A stretch of 32,641 nt of DNA, taken from assembly GCA_000934665.2 (NCBI GenBank), contig KZ539128.1, positions 1 to 32,641 on the forward strand, given 5' to 3'. The position numbers were made by a program, and so were the translations under genes. Below the pieces are notes generated by a model. That model was not told the origin of the DNA and made no database searches. It was given only the letters and a program-made list of their open reading frames with translations. This DNA is from Catajapyx aquilonaris. Its lineage: Eukaryota. Positions within the stretch are counted from its first letter, which is position 1, and the number at the start of each line of letters is the position of its first letter. Below, in pieces: positions 1 to 10,843 of the stretch.

Positions 1-221
1 TATATTGAAATCTGAACACCCAATTCTGGCATCTCCTTCTGAGCATGTATAATTGAAAACTATATCGTTACCTTCACGTGTATGAAGTCCGACGATTTTC
101 CAGATGGCTCAGGCAGCACCTATAGCGCCTCACGATGTTTCTGAAGATGGTATGATACAACAATATAGGTCTTAACTTCAAATACTTACAATATTGATTG
201 ATTTTTTTCCACGTTCCTCAT

Positions 222-320
222 CTATCATTACTTGCAATGACAGTAGTATATTCCTAGCCAATAGCTATATTATACTGGAGTTATTGGCTAGGAATATACA
301 GTCATTGCAAGTAATGATAG
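222..320. repeat. ~100-nt inverted repeat / hairpin (MITE remnant or hairpin RNA)
   Basis: CTATCATTACTTGCAATGAC (222-241) pairs with GTCATTGCAAGTAATGATAG (301-320). GTATATTCCTAGCCAATA (246-263) pairs with TATTGGCTAGGAATATAC (282-299). Small internal bulge and a short loop. Confidence 0.75.
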
Positions 321-1124
321 TCCAGGTTTAAACGTCAATATGGTACATCTGAAAGAAAGAGTACACATGTCAGATATGATTTCCTGTATACTAATTATCA
401 GGACATTGGTCAGGAGGAGATGTCAGTCACTGGACTTCAGCATACTGTAGTTGTCAACACAGGCATGACAAGAGGTGTCTCGCTTTACATTGTTACAACC
501 AGAATTGTGGAAGCATTTCACATATTCCAAGACTCCCAACAGGCAGCTGCCTCATACATTACTGGGTCAGTGTTACTGGACTGAAGGGAAGAATCTCTTT
601 CTTCTTAAATTTACAAAAGGACGCAGAGTCACATTAATTTGTCTCAAATTTATGCCCCAAGACAATTTTACTGACAAAATTAGAAGTCATGAGCCCACTC
701 ACCAGAATATGAGTAAACAAATAGGTGTACCCCTACCCCTACTGTGATCAAATGTGAAGAAAGTGAGACTATAATTGCCAAGCATATATACGTAGATGTG
801 AAACGCTCTGGTCATAGCCTGCTGTTTTGATGCCTTTATTTCTGGCGTCACGACAATCCCCAGATGGAGGTTTACAATAACTGTTCATGAAGGGATTTGA
901 TTGGTGAAACACATTTTCTGCAAGCCAACTGCTGCCTGAGAATCCAGCTCCAGTAAGAATGATTTTTAGTGAGGGTGTTCCTAACACAGTTGAATCAAGA
1001 TATAAGACTTCAAGGGACAGCGGAAAAAGTATGTTATAACCGAGGTCTGTTATAGCCAAATCGCAATTTTTGCAACGAATACACGAAGTTTTCTGCTTTC
1101 CACGTGCTTATTATGCACACTGCT

Positions 1125-1455
1125 TAAGGGGAGGCGGAGTGGTGCTGCGGTAACGTACGCGCCCACGGATGTTAAGGTCCCGGGTTCGATCCCAACCCGG
1201 GGACACCCCCTTCATCTCGTGCAGAGTTCATTGGGTCACCTCTGGCTTCGTCTCGGGTGGTATTTCCTACAGACTAAACCACCCGGGGGAGTTCACTAAA
1301 AATGGCCACATAAAGACATTGCACTGCACCTTGCACATCCCCTCCTGTCATCCTGCCCGTGGGCCCGGGCGCTACGTAAAAAGGCTCAAATGTACTTGAT
1401 GTAATAAATAAAGGTCCGTGCTGCATACCTCAGATGAGGTCAAGCACTACCCCGG

Positions 1456-1495
<40 letters not shown>
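1125..1495 (+). mobile_element. tRNA-derived SINE family A (head resembles tRNA-Arg ACG), full length, (TTA)n tail
   Basis: A-box-like GTGGTGCTGCGG, B-box GGTTCGATCCC, 3' stem-loop GTGCT..ACCTC/GAGGT..AGCAC and (TTA)n tail. 17-bp TSD TTATTATGCACACTGCT at 1108-1124 and 1496-1512. Near-identical copy at 23027. Confidence 0.93.
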
Positions 1496-1502
<7 letters not shown>

Positions 1503-1729
1503 GCACACTGCTACATACGGATTGATGAAATTACCCACAAAAATGCAAACATAGCCCACCCATATCAGGGTGGACGGAAAGTTTCGGACCCCCCAGGTTT
1601 TTTAACCCTACTAACCTAAAATCGGTCACGCGGTATTTGCACGACACCTACTTACTATTACTTAGCTTCACACCGACAGCTGGTTTCGGTCACAAGAGTC
1701 CCCACTACCACTACCAACACCATGCTGCC

Positions 1730-2047
1730 CGAGGGGTAAGTCACTCTGGCGGGCCATCGTACACTCTGATTAGTGGGCCACGGCGGGCCAGTGGCGGGCC
1801 AGTGACGGGCCACGGTGGGCCAAGGCGGGCCACGGTGGGCCAAGGCGGGCCAAGGCGGGCCAAGGCGGAGTCGGGCCAGTGACGGGCCACGGTGGGCCAG
1901 TGGCGGGCCAAGGCGAGCCAAGGTGGGCCAAGGCGGGCCACGGCGGGCCATGGCGGGCCACGGCGGAGGCGGGCCAGTGGCGGGCCAAGGCGGGCCGCAA
2001 TTCTGGAGGGCCATCGTACACTCGAGTGATGAGTGACTTACCCCTCG
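1730..2047. mobile_element. 318-bp non-autonomous DNA transposon with 17-bp TIRs, 8-bp TSD and internal GC-rich minisatellite
   Basis: Perfect TIR CGAGGGGTAAGTCACTC (1730-1746) / GAGTGACTTACCCCTCG (2031-2047). TSD ATGCTGCC at 1722-1729 and 2048-2055. Confidence 0.92.
1773..1997 (+). repeat. 10-11-bp GC-rich tandem repeat (GGCGGGCCAA / GGTGGGCCAC / GGCGGGCCAGT variants)
   Basis: About 20 units are directly visible. They explain the overlapping low-complexity ORFs in the ORF track. Confidence 0.95.
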
Positions 2048-4388
2048 ATGCTGCCAATAATGCAGCTTCACTGAATGGGTGTGTCTGGCACATGGACCCC
2101 AGAAACACCGATAACTCCAACGAAAAGTGTCACATCGCCTGTTATACACGCGCCTGCATCGGGACTGCCACACAAAAATGTCAGATGAGAAATTTTATCT
2201 GACGGACGCCCTCCTAGTGTCAGACACGCTAACCACATATGGCGCTGTCTTTACGGCTTTTGGTCTCTACATTTCATGCATCTGACCCGATCTGGCCTAT
2301 TATATTTACACTAGCCTATATATACGCGTATATACACGCCAGCCCCCAACAACTCCTGCTGGTTTGAAAATAACGGCCGCCTTATTATCTGTTGGCAAAA
2401 CCTGACCAAAAGCAATATTGATCGACTGCCACAAGGGTTGCCAGGTCCAAAACTGCCATCTTTGGCCTCCCCAATCTACACAACGACGCGGCCATCTTGG
2501 TCTTCTGAATATCCGCATTGCAGTATTTTAAGCCCCGCCCTTGCCCGCACCCCGCTTTTGCCCCATGTCGGCCCCGGGCTCCTACCTCTCTGCCGATGCC
2601 TGTGGACCTTGCCCCATCTGTGCCAGCTGCCGCTCGGCCTGATTCGGGATCCACTGGTCCCCCGCTGGTTCCATCCGTGGTTCCGGACCCACGTGCTCTG
2701 CCCTGGGCCGGCCCTGGGGACTCTGCGCTCCACCCCACCTCAGCCGGTCCCGTCATTTCTGGTCTTCACAGTAGCCCGGTCACAAGAGTCCCCACTGATT
2801 CCAACACCATATATCCCACAAATAATACACCATCCATGAGTACGTCTGGTGAGAACCGGGGCAGAAGCGCCAGAAGGACACCAGGAACACCGAAAACTCG
2901 AGCTAAAAAGGGTTACATCGGCTGATATACACGGATACACGCATCGGTACCCGGACCACCCGGACTGTCACACGCTCACACCCGAATGCCGGAAGACGCT
3001 ATTCTGATTTCTGACGAACGCCTCCGCCAGGAGCGCTGTTACTCTCTTCCTGGTGGTAACATGCTGTCACCTGGTGGTACCCATGCCCAAGCTAGCTCCT
3101 AGGATAGCTCCTTGAGAACTACCAAGGCTTGGAACTACTAACGACAGATGATGCACGGGGATGACGCTGATGCCACCTACAAGCTACTAAAAGCATGAAA
3201 CCAAGGCCATTTCACAAAAAAAAAGAAGAAAAAAAACGCGCGGCAAACGGCGCGCGTTGCGGCATATTTATTATTTATATTTATTATTGCCAATAATTAA
3301 TAATAATTGGCGGGGCAGGCGTTTGCCGCTTGACGCTGCCCGTGTTGTTGGCAGGGTTTTTGAGGTCTGCCGGGGTTTGTGAGCTCTTCTGTGGCCCGTG
3401 GTTGGCCCGTGGCCTACCTATGGGGCTCCTCGACATGGCCCGCCCTTTGGAACCACTGCCGCACTACGCGAAAAGTCTTACTACGGGGAGGCAAAGAGGC
3501 GAAGGGATACGATACTCGACACGATACTCTCGTGGGTAAATGGCTCGCTCCAGAGTACAGTACCGCTATTGTGGAAGTCAATAAAATGCAATACTATTAC
3601 GTTCAATACATATTTGAGGTCTAAGATGGTGCATTGTGACGTTGCAGACGTGTTGTTACTCGAAATTGAATGGCATAATCATAATCCGCATGTCTAGCAT
3701 CCTCGAGGGCTTAGATATTCTTACTATTATACAGAGACAGTGATTGCACAAATGTAAATCCTGGATATTCATATCTAATTGCTTTATTTATTTATCCACA
3801 TATTTATGTCGAGCTTATTGCTTGCTGAAGTTTTAGAAAATTTTGGTGAATGTTGAGGTACTTCTTATTGGTAGTAAGCTGTAATTGGTGACAGCTAGCT
3901 AAGCCAGGGGCAGGAGGGGAGCTGTGATTGGATTTATTGCTTGAAATATCAAATCATGTTGACTTAATAATATTGTAAGCATAATTCTGCAAGTGGACGA
4001 GCATATTCACCCTAAAGGTGGGGTGTTGTTATCCAATGTCCCTTTTCAACATGCAAGTGGAGTTAATTGTTTTTGGACTTAACTTTTGTTTGTAAGAAAT
4101 GTTTGATGATCAAAAATACTTGCAGTTGCCAATTATTACCTTTGGTATAGTTTTATTCCAAATTATATTACAAATATTTCTTAACCATTTTTGTAGGCTA
4201 CCGTATAGACTACCCTAGATGGACCATGGACCTAACACAAAAAATAGCTTTTCCCCATTCAAAATTCACTTTTTCAATAAATAATCACAACAGCAATTAT
4301 TAGCTAAGTTAACTTTATATAATAATGGTAGCCCATTAAAACGTTGAAAAACTTGATTTTTAACCATGTCCTGCTTAACCCAAACGTG

Positions 4389-4700
4389 TGTAACCCGAGC
4401 GGTTAGGTATACACACAGAAAGAAAGTCAGTGGGTGCTGTCAAGACAATACTATTTATTCCGCAGAAGTACGAAGAGTGGGTATGTGAAGGTATCGGAGA
4501 ACAGGGGAAGGGTCGGTAAGAGGACGTGACCAGACTCCAGGATATGCTCCCAGTGACTGGCCTAGAGGCTTGGGCAGTCCTCCCTTTTATAGCAGAATAC
4601 CGGCAGAGCATGATGGGAGTCGGCGCATTGAAAAGTCAAATGAGCGTGATAGAGCGTGTGTGTACAGATAAGTGCAAAAAAGAATGACCTTGGGTATACA
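4389..4700 (-). mobile_element. Probable solo LTR (312 bp)
   Basis: On the minus strand it starts TGTATACCC and ends GGGTTACA (TG..CA with short inverted ends). TATAAAA (4585-4591) precedes AATAAA (4454-4459). No clean TSD (GTG vs GTAG). Confidence 0.6.
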
Positions 4701-6249
4701 GTAGGAAAAAGTGCGGGTCACACGTGCAAAAAAAACTATTTTCACAAAAAACTTTACAATAATTTTCAAAGTTCACAAATTTTAAACAATTATCTCAATT
4801 ACTCACCAAACACCAATGAATTCCACTATGTATTCGCCAAAGCAATCAGCCTAACCACCTGATTGAATCAGCAAACAGTTTGTGGTGCATAAAAATGCCA
4901 AAATAACAGCTGATTCTCATCATACCAATTATAAATTATTTTTTAAATTATTATAAATAATTCGTTTTACTATTATGTCTATTGCAACTCATAGAGAAAG
5001 TATTCCTTCTTCAAAACCCCAATTTTGATATCTTTCAATTTTTATAATGAAACTCGTTCATATAATCATTATTTGCAACTTTTTGTCCCTATATATTAAC
5101 TCAAACTTGGTGTTCATGTCCAAGTTTGAATGTTAATGCCACATTCTGTAGAGTTTGTACAACACAAATATTGTATGCCTTGGAGCTGCTGGCTGTTACA
5201 ATAAAACCAGTGAACAGTTAGGGCTGCACAGGATGAAGCAGCTGCATCCATCAGTCCTCTCTCAACACTGCTGCTATACCAACAACACACATCTTTGTAC
5301 ATCCTTCAAAAAGTGGTGCAACTTCTCTTCTGCCAACACCCCCAGGCCTCCCACCTTGCAACCTACAACACTGATACTCTTGCCTGCTGCCACCAATTCT
5401 CAAGAGTAATACTGCACAATTTATTTGCATAAGTAGCACTAACATGGCCACAAAAAATACACAGCCCTCTCTGGGCTGCTGGCTTTTGGCCTAGATTGCT
5501 TTGGTTTGCTAATTGGGACTGCCAAAAGATATGCTGCTTCATATGTCCACCGAGTCCACTGATATCCATAAAAAATTATGAGGCAGAGAGACATGCACCA
5601 TACATCACCCTTTGTATGTTTGCAGAAGCTTTTGATAATTGAGGCTTAATATAGGTCCACTAACTTCTTCAAATCTATTTGAAAAGGCTTCAAAATTCGT
5701 TTTAAGCCCGGTGATCTTATATTTTGGTTGTAATCACTTGCAATCAAATGGTAATATTGCAGAGTTGGGGCAAGGTCACATGAGATATGGTAAAAAATAG
5801 GGCTTGTAAAGAATACAGTACTTCCCTGTCCTTGCCTTCCCTGATTAATTCAAGAATCTTCTGTGACGTCCTTTTTTTTCTTTTTTGCAAGATTGCACCT
5901 CTACTAGTTCCAGTCTGTCTTGCATGCAAAAATATTGGCAAGGGATGCCAACAAGTGCTCACAATTATACCTGGATGAAAGCTTGCTGTTTGCAGGGTTT
6001 CAATGTTACATTGGCAAGTCAAATGAAGCAACACAAGTTGGGATGCATTAATGAGATAATTTTTGCATTGATAATCCCCAGTGCATAATTTAGGTGGACC
6101 CTGAAATGCCCTTCATATTAGGTGCAACACAAATCAATATCAAACAGTGCAGCTGGTATGAAAGAAGTGTCAAACTTTATTGGTACCAAAATGGTGCAGG
6201 ACTAAATGCACTACAAAAAGGTATAATACAAACTACAGGGTGTGTTGAA

Positions 6250-6505
6250 AAATAAACAAAATTTGCAAACTTGATTCATCAAAAACTGTCTCCATAATTA
6301 ATGGAGATTTGTCAATTAAAAGCACTGCAAAGAAACCTACTATCAATACTTGCAACTGAAAACTTGATTATTTTTGCAAGTACCACCTCAGAAAATTAGG
6401 AATATGCATGCCGGTGTACTAACTTTTAAGCAAACACATCATCATAAGCACGACTGAACCCCCCCCCCCCCNNNNNNNNNNNNNNNNCCCCCCCCCCCCA
6501 AAAAA

Positions 6506-6544
<39 letters not shown>

Positions 6545-7315
6545 ACAACAACAACCACAACAACAACAACAAAAAACAACAACAACAACAACAAAAAACT
6601 CCCTAGTCGAATGTTATTGAAATCATTCCTCAGGAACACAGGAAGGTGGCCTAGGTCATTCACTCCAGAATTTAAAAATAACCTACACTTACATAATTAT
6701 ATGTGATGAGAACAAAGGTAGTCCCAACGATAGAATTACACAGTACCCTAGAAAGGTTGAACTCAGCAATTAATGATATCACTAATGGCATTACACACCT
6801 ACTGTCATTTCATAATTTGCAGATGTCCGACTGTAAAGCAGGTAATTAAAGCAGGTAAGCAGGTAAATAAACAAAATTTGCAAACTTGATTCATCAAAAA
6901 CTGTCTCCATAATTAATGGAGAATTATCAATTAAAAGCACTGCAAAGAAACCTCCTCTCAATATTTGCAACTGAAAACTTGATTATTTTTGCAAGTACCA
7001 CCTCAGAAAATTAGGAATATGCATGCCGGTGTACTAACTTTTAAGCAAACACATCTCCATAAGCACGACTGAACTAAAAAAATAAATAATAATAATTTAA
7101 AAATCTCCCTAGTTGAATGTTATTGAAATCATTCCTCAGAATCATTCACTCCAGAATTTAAAAATAACCTACACTTACATAATTCTGCAGTCACAACGAT
7201 AGAATTACACAGTACCCTAGAAAGGTTGAAATCAGCAATTTATGATAAGCTATCACTAATGGCATTACACACCTACTGTCATTTCATAAATTGCAGATGT
7301 CCGACTGTAAAGCAG
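6250..7315 (+). repeat. Diverged tandem duplication (copy 1 6250-6841, copy 2 6865-7315)
   Basis: Both copies run AAATAAACAAAATTTGCAAAC...CCGACTGTAAAGCAG. Copy 1 carries a poly-C/N gap, a (CAA)n expansion and two extra segments. Confidence 0.9.
6472..6487. other. Assembly gap within a poly-C run
   Basis: 16 N flanked by C homopolymers. Confidence 0.99.
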
Positions 7316-7639
7316 CAATACAACATTCACGTTCTTATGGTGTTGGTTTACAATGCAATTATTCATTACCATTCCAGTTACCTGCTACTTTGCATTTACA
7401 ATGCAAGATGTGTCAAAGAAACTTCAGTCAGAGGTATTCGTATCAGTGGCTCCTTAACGAGTATCAGTGGTCCGTGTATGTTCAGTCCATGTTTTTTGCT
7501 AATATATTTGGTTGGTAAAGTCTGATATCACATCTAATTAAAATGAGTTTTGTGATATCAACCATTCTCCATTCTGGCAGGTGTCTGTTGCCTCCTGCGT
7601 CCTGCCACATACTCCTCGTGTAGTGACAAGCTACCATTT

Positions 7640-8148
7640 TCACTCAGACTCTGAAATTATTTCCTCATGATCAAACTCAACAACATCAAACCTTGCATCA
7701 AACTTTCGTTTCTTGTTGATCACGGTATTACGTATGGTTGCCTTTCCCTTCCGGATGTGATCCTCGAGGTGCACCTTCAGGTACACCTCATGAATGAATG
7801 ATGAAGAACAAATTGAGCATACAAACGCCCTTTCCCGGCTGTGGATCTTGATATGGTCTGTCAGACTCTGCTCACTGAAGAACCCGATGTTGCAATGGGC
7901 ACAGTTGAATGGACGCTTTCCATTGTGGCAGTTTAGATGGTTAAGGAGTCTGTAATTGGATACAAAAGATTTGTCACACACATCACACTTAAATGGTTTG
8001 CCAGTATATGCAGCATCATGTGTGTCATTAAGCCACTCTTCTGTGGGGATCGTTGGTGGCAGATGCTGCAGTCAAAAGGCTTCTCACCTGTATGGATTCG
8101 CATGTGCTGCATCAGCACAGATGTGACCGAAAATTTCATCCCACACAC
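7640..8148 (-). pseudogene. C2H2 zinc-finger terminal exon (5 fingers, first one partial), frameshifted
   Basis: Acceptor TTGCAG| then [27 protein letters not shown]. Frameshift at ~8005, then [47 protein letters not shown], with the stop at 7640. No upstream finger exon found. Confidence 0.8.
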
Positions 8149-8616
8149 CTGCAATTGTATGCAAACTTGTCATTAGAGGGTGAACATGTGACATCCTGTG
8201 CATTTGAACACCATTACAAATGTCACCATGCATGTAATAAGTAGGCTAATGCACAGTTCTCCACAGTCCCTTTCGCTTTCGGAGGTAGCAGCCGGATCTA
8301 GGGAAGGAGAGGCGCCGGAATGGGACTGGAAGGACCAAGGACAAGGCTGGTGGGTCCCATCCCCTCCGAAGCAGACAGCTAGGGATCATGGAGAGAGCGG
8401 CAGCAGTGACCATGCCCAGAAGGAAGCAGCCACATAGCCTCCAGCAGTTGGTGGTCTAGTACTGATTACTTTGCAGAATCCACACAGCAGCAGCAGCAGT
8501 GGATGAAGTTGCAACAGATGGGATTAATAATTAATTATTATTGTAATATTATTATTTTTGGCTAATAAACTGGGAATAAGGGGCTGCAGGGCTGCATTGG
8601 CTGGGCCAGTCCTTAA

Positions 8617-9359
8617 TGTATCTTCAGAGTACGTGTAATCAGGCCTATCTGGTAGCGAAGGGGCGCTACCAGATAGGCCCGTCGATTTTGGATTACACGT
8701 ACTCTGAAGATACAGACAAGATATCCCACTTTCAAGGAAAACACTATGAATCTGTCTGGAACAATATATTTTGCTCCTCTAGAAGTCCCTAAATTAATTT
8801 CCAAAAAATGGCTATAAATGGAAAATGGAAATGCGAGTACTGCCGACCAACTGTTAGGCTGATTTAATTATGAAATGTGTGATAATATGCAGAATAACAA
8901 CCTTGAGAACCATGCCAGACGAATTTGCTGAATTCGTCGTACTTTTCGAGAAATAAATTAATACTTGTTTGCGGCTTTCTGGCACTTCAGAAAATAACAA
9001 ACCCATTTTGGGAGTTTTCCGAAGTGCCAGAAAGCTGAAAATAAGCTATTAATTATTTCTCGCAATGTACAAGTTCAGAAAATTCGTCTGGCATGGTTCT
9101 CAAGGTTGTTTTCACGCATTTCATAATTAAATCAGCCTAACAGTTGGTCAGCAGTACACTGATTTCCAGTTTTTATAGCCTTCTTTGGAAATTTATTTAG
9201 GGACTTCTAGAGGAGTAAAATTGTTCCAGACACATTGATAGTGTTTTCCCTCAAGGTGGTAAGAATAGCTGTTATTATTTGTAAAATATCTTGTCCATAT
9301 CTTCAGAGTATTCTTAAGCCAAAATCTACGTGGTTCGGGCCTATCTGGTAGAGAAGGGG
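8617..9359. mobile_element. piggyBac-like palindromic MITE with ~330-bp imperfect arms and rearranged left end
   Basis: 8664-~8995 is the reverse complement of ~9015-9352. The right end is GAAGGGG|TTAA (9360-9363), and TTAA also occurs at 8613-8616. Confidence 0.75.
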
Positions 9360-9609
9360 TTAACACCGGCTTGGAGTCCCTTTCACTTAGTCCACAAATT
9401 ACATTATGTTTTCTCTTCTTCTAGAATTTTTGTTAGGAAACAGATTCTGAAACTGTTTTATCAAATCCTGGACATTATGAAAAGTCCCCCAAAAAATTCA
9501 AGAAATAAGTATAGTAGGACACATGAAAAATGTCTCCTATCTAAGCCCACTTTCTTGAAACTGGTCTGATCAGACAATGTTGATACAAGGGAAAATGGTC
9601 TCATATTAT

Positions 9610-9875
9610 GACGAAGGGATTCTCACGCCTAATCACCAAGTAGACTGATAGTACTCGCAAAACTAATATAGGGATGTGCATTGTGCAAATAGTTTTCGGC
9701 GCTGTTGCGTAGTTAATGTGTAGGGAGCGTTTCAAGTTTCGCGACCACATCTGTCCAGCCACTTTCAATGCAGCAAAATCCAGCTTGAGGACCTTCTAAT
9801 AATCCAGTCTTGGGTCCGTAACTCATCATCCATGTGCAATAGGTGATCAAATGCAGTCAGATGAAGAATCCAGGT
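9610..9875 (+). mobile_element. Truncated copy of the Tc1/mariner-type MITE at 20887-21636
   Basis: Colinear similarity, e.g. GTAGACTGATAGTACT..AAAACTAATATAGG and CCATGTGCAATAG..TGATCAAAT..AAGAATCCAGG. Confidence 0.8.
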
Positions 9876-9998
9876 GACATTGTTTGCCTCATACACTAAC
9901 ATCTGACATGATTTGGTACTGTATTGCATTACACTATATTGTAATCCTACCAGCCAGTACTGTAATGTAGATGTGCCCCTGCCTCGATGTCCAGTATA

Positions 9999-10373
9999 TT
10001 TTTTTATTTTTTTTATTTTTTGTTTTTTGTTGTTGTTTTTTAATTTACCCCGTGATACAACTATATGCCGTTATAGGGGGGTGGCAGACCACCATACAGT
10101 TTTCTAATTGTTTTTCCTTCAATCACCGGTGCAAGGAGTACTAGGAAATAGGTTAAGGTTGGGGGTTTGGGGAGGGGACACAAGTGCATGTGCATTGTCC
10201 AGTGGTGGGCCAGGTGCAGTCCCCCAGAAGGTCAGGTTGCCAAGACGCCTCCTTAGGCGCGGGTCACGACCCATTGACGCAAGCGAAAGGTTTGTTCCCG
10301 GGTGGGGATTTGAACCCGGGACCTTTCACATAGCAAGCCGAGACGTTACCATCTCGGCCACCATGCCTCCCCC
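9999..10373 (-). mobile_element. tRNA-derived SINE family C, full length, A-rich tail
   Basis: Head GGGGAGGCATGGTGGCCGAGATGGTAACGTCTCGG and B-box GGTTCAAATCCC. Homologous to the copies at 13883, 21717 and 12457. Confidence 0.88.
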
Positions 10374-10449
10374 GTATTTTCTATTTTGTGTCACTGGTCA
10401 AGACGGCGCGGGGGCAGTGTGTTGTATGTTCCATGTTGTATGTTGTATG

Positions 10450-10700
10450 TAGGGCTCCACCCTATCACTTCAATTATATTTGCTATGACCTGCTGACTGC
10501 CCAGGAGAGTAATGGAATGTTGGATACAGAGTACAGCATTTATTAGCCAAGGAGGTGCTCAAAGTGACCTTCGTGAATGAGTTGACACTAGACAGGCACT
10601 TGTACGCTTGCACATGTTGCAGAATGTCCCCTATCGATGGTTGAAACTGCTGCATGCAGTTTAGCAACTAGGTCGTCCAGGTCACTGAGTTGAATCCTGT
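10450..10700 (-). mobile_element. Decayed Tc1/mariner transposase C-terminus
   Basis: Translates to DLDDLVAKLHAAVSTIDR..(frameshift/stop)..EGHFEHLLG* (stop at 10543), matching the GGHFEHLL C-terminal motif of these transposases. Confidence 0.7.
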
Positions 10701-10843
10701 ACATTTACTCATTGTTCAGAAGGTAACAGCAAATAAAATCGAAGTGATCTGATGGAAAAGCAGAACAGGAACAATGCACTGCAGCCACCTTGACTGGCAA
10801 TGTAAAATACTGGACATCAAGGCAGCAGCACATCCAACATTAC

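Larger units (their letters stand above)
1534..3536. mobile_element. Candidate ~2-kb GC/CpG-rich non-autonomous element, class unknown
   Basis: GC/CpG-rich block bounded by short inverted ends TTA|CCCAC (1534) and GTGGG|TAA (3536). Contains a diverged internal direct repeat (20-bp exact core at 1687-1706 and 2777-2796). The boundaries are inferred. Confidence 0.35.

Noticed and set aside
475..1059. ORFs 475-747 (+) and 769-1059 (-) as exons
   Set aside because: No recognisable domain and no phase-consistent exon chain found.
1773..1997. CRISPR-like array
   Set aside because: Contiguous short tandem units without unique spacers, in a eukaryotic context.
1637..2202. Multiple overlapping Gly/Pro/Ala/Arg-rich ORFs
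   Set aside because: Artefacts of the stop-free GC minisatellite inside a MITE.
2240..2248. LTR primer-binding site TGGCGCTGT
   Set aside because: Only 9 nt of possible tRNA complementarity, with no convincing TG..CA LTR pair or gag/pol remnants.
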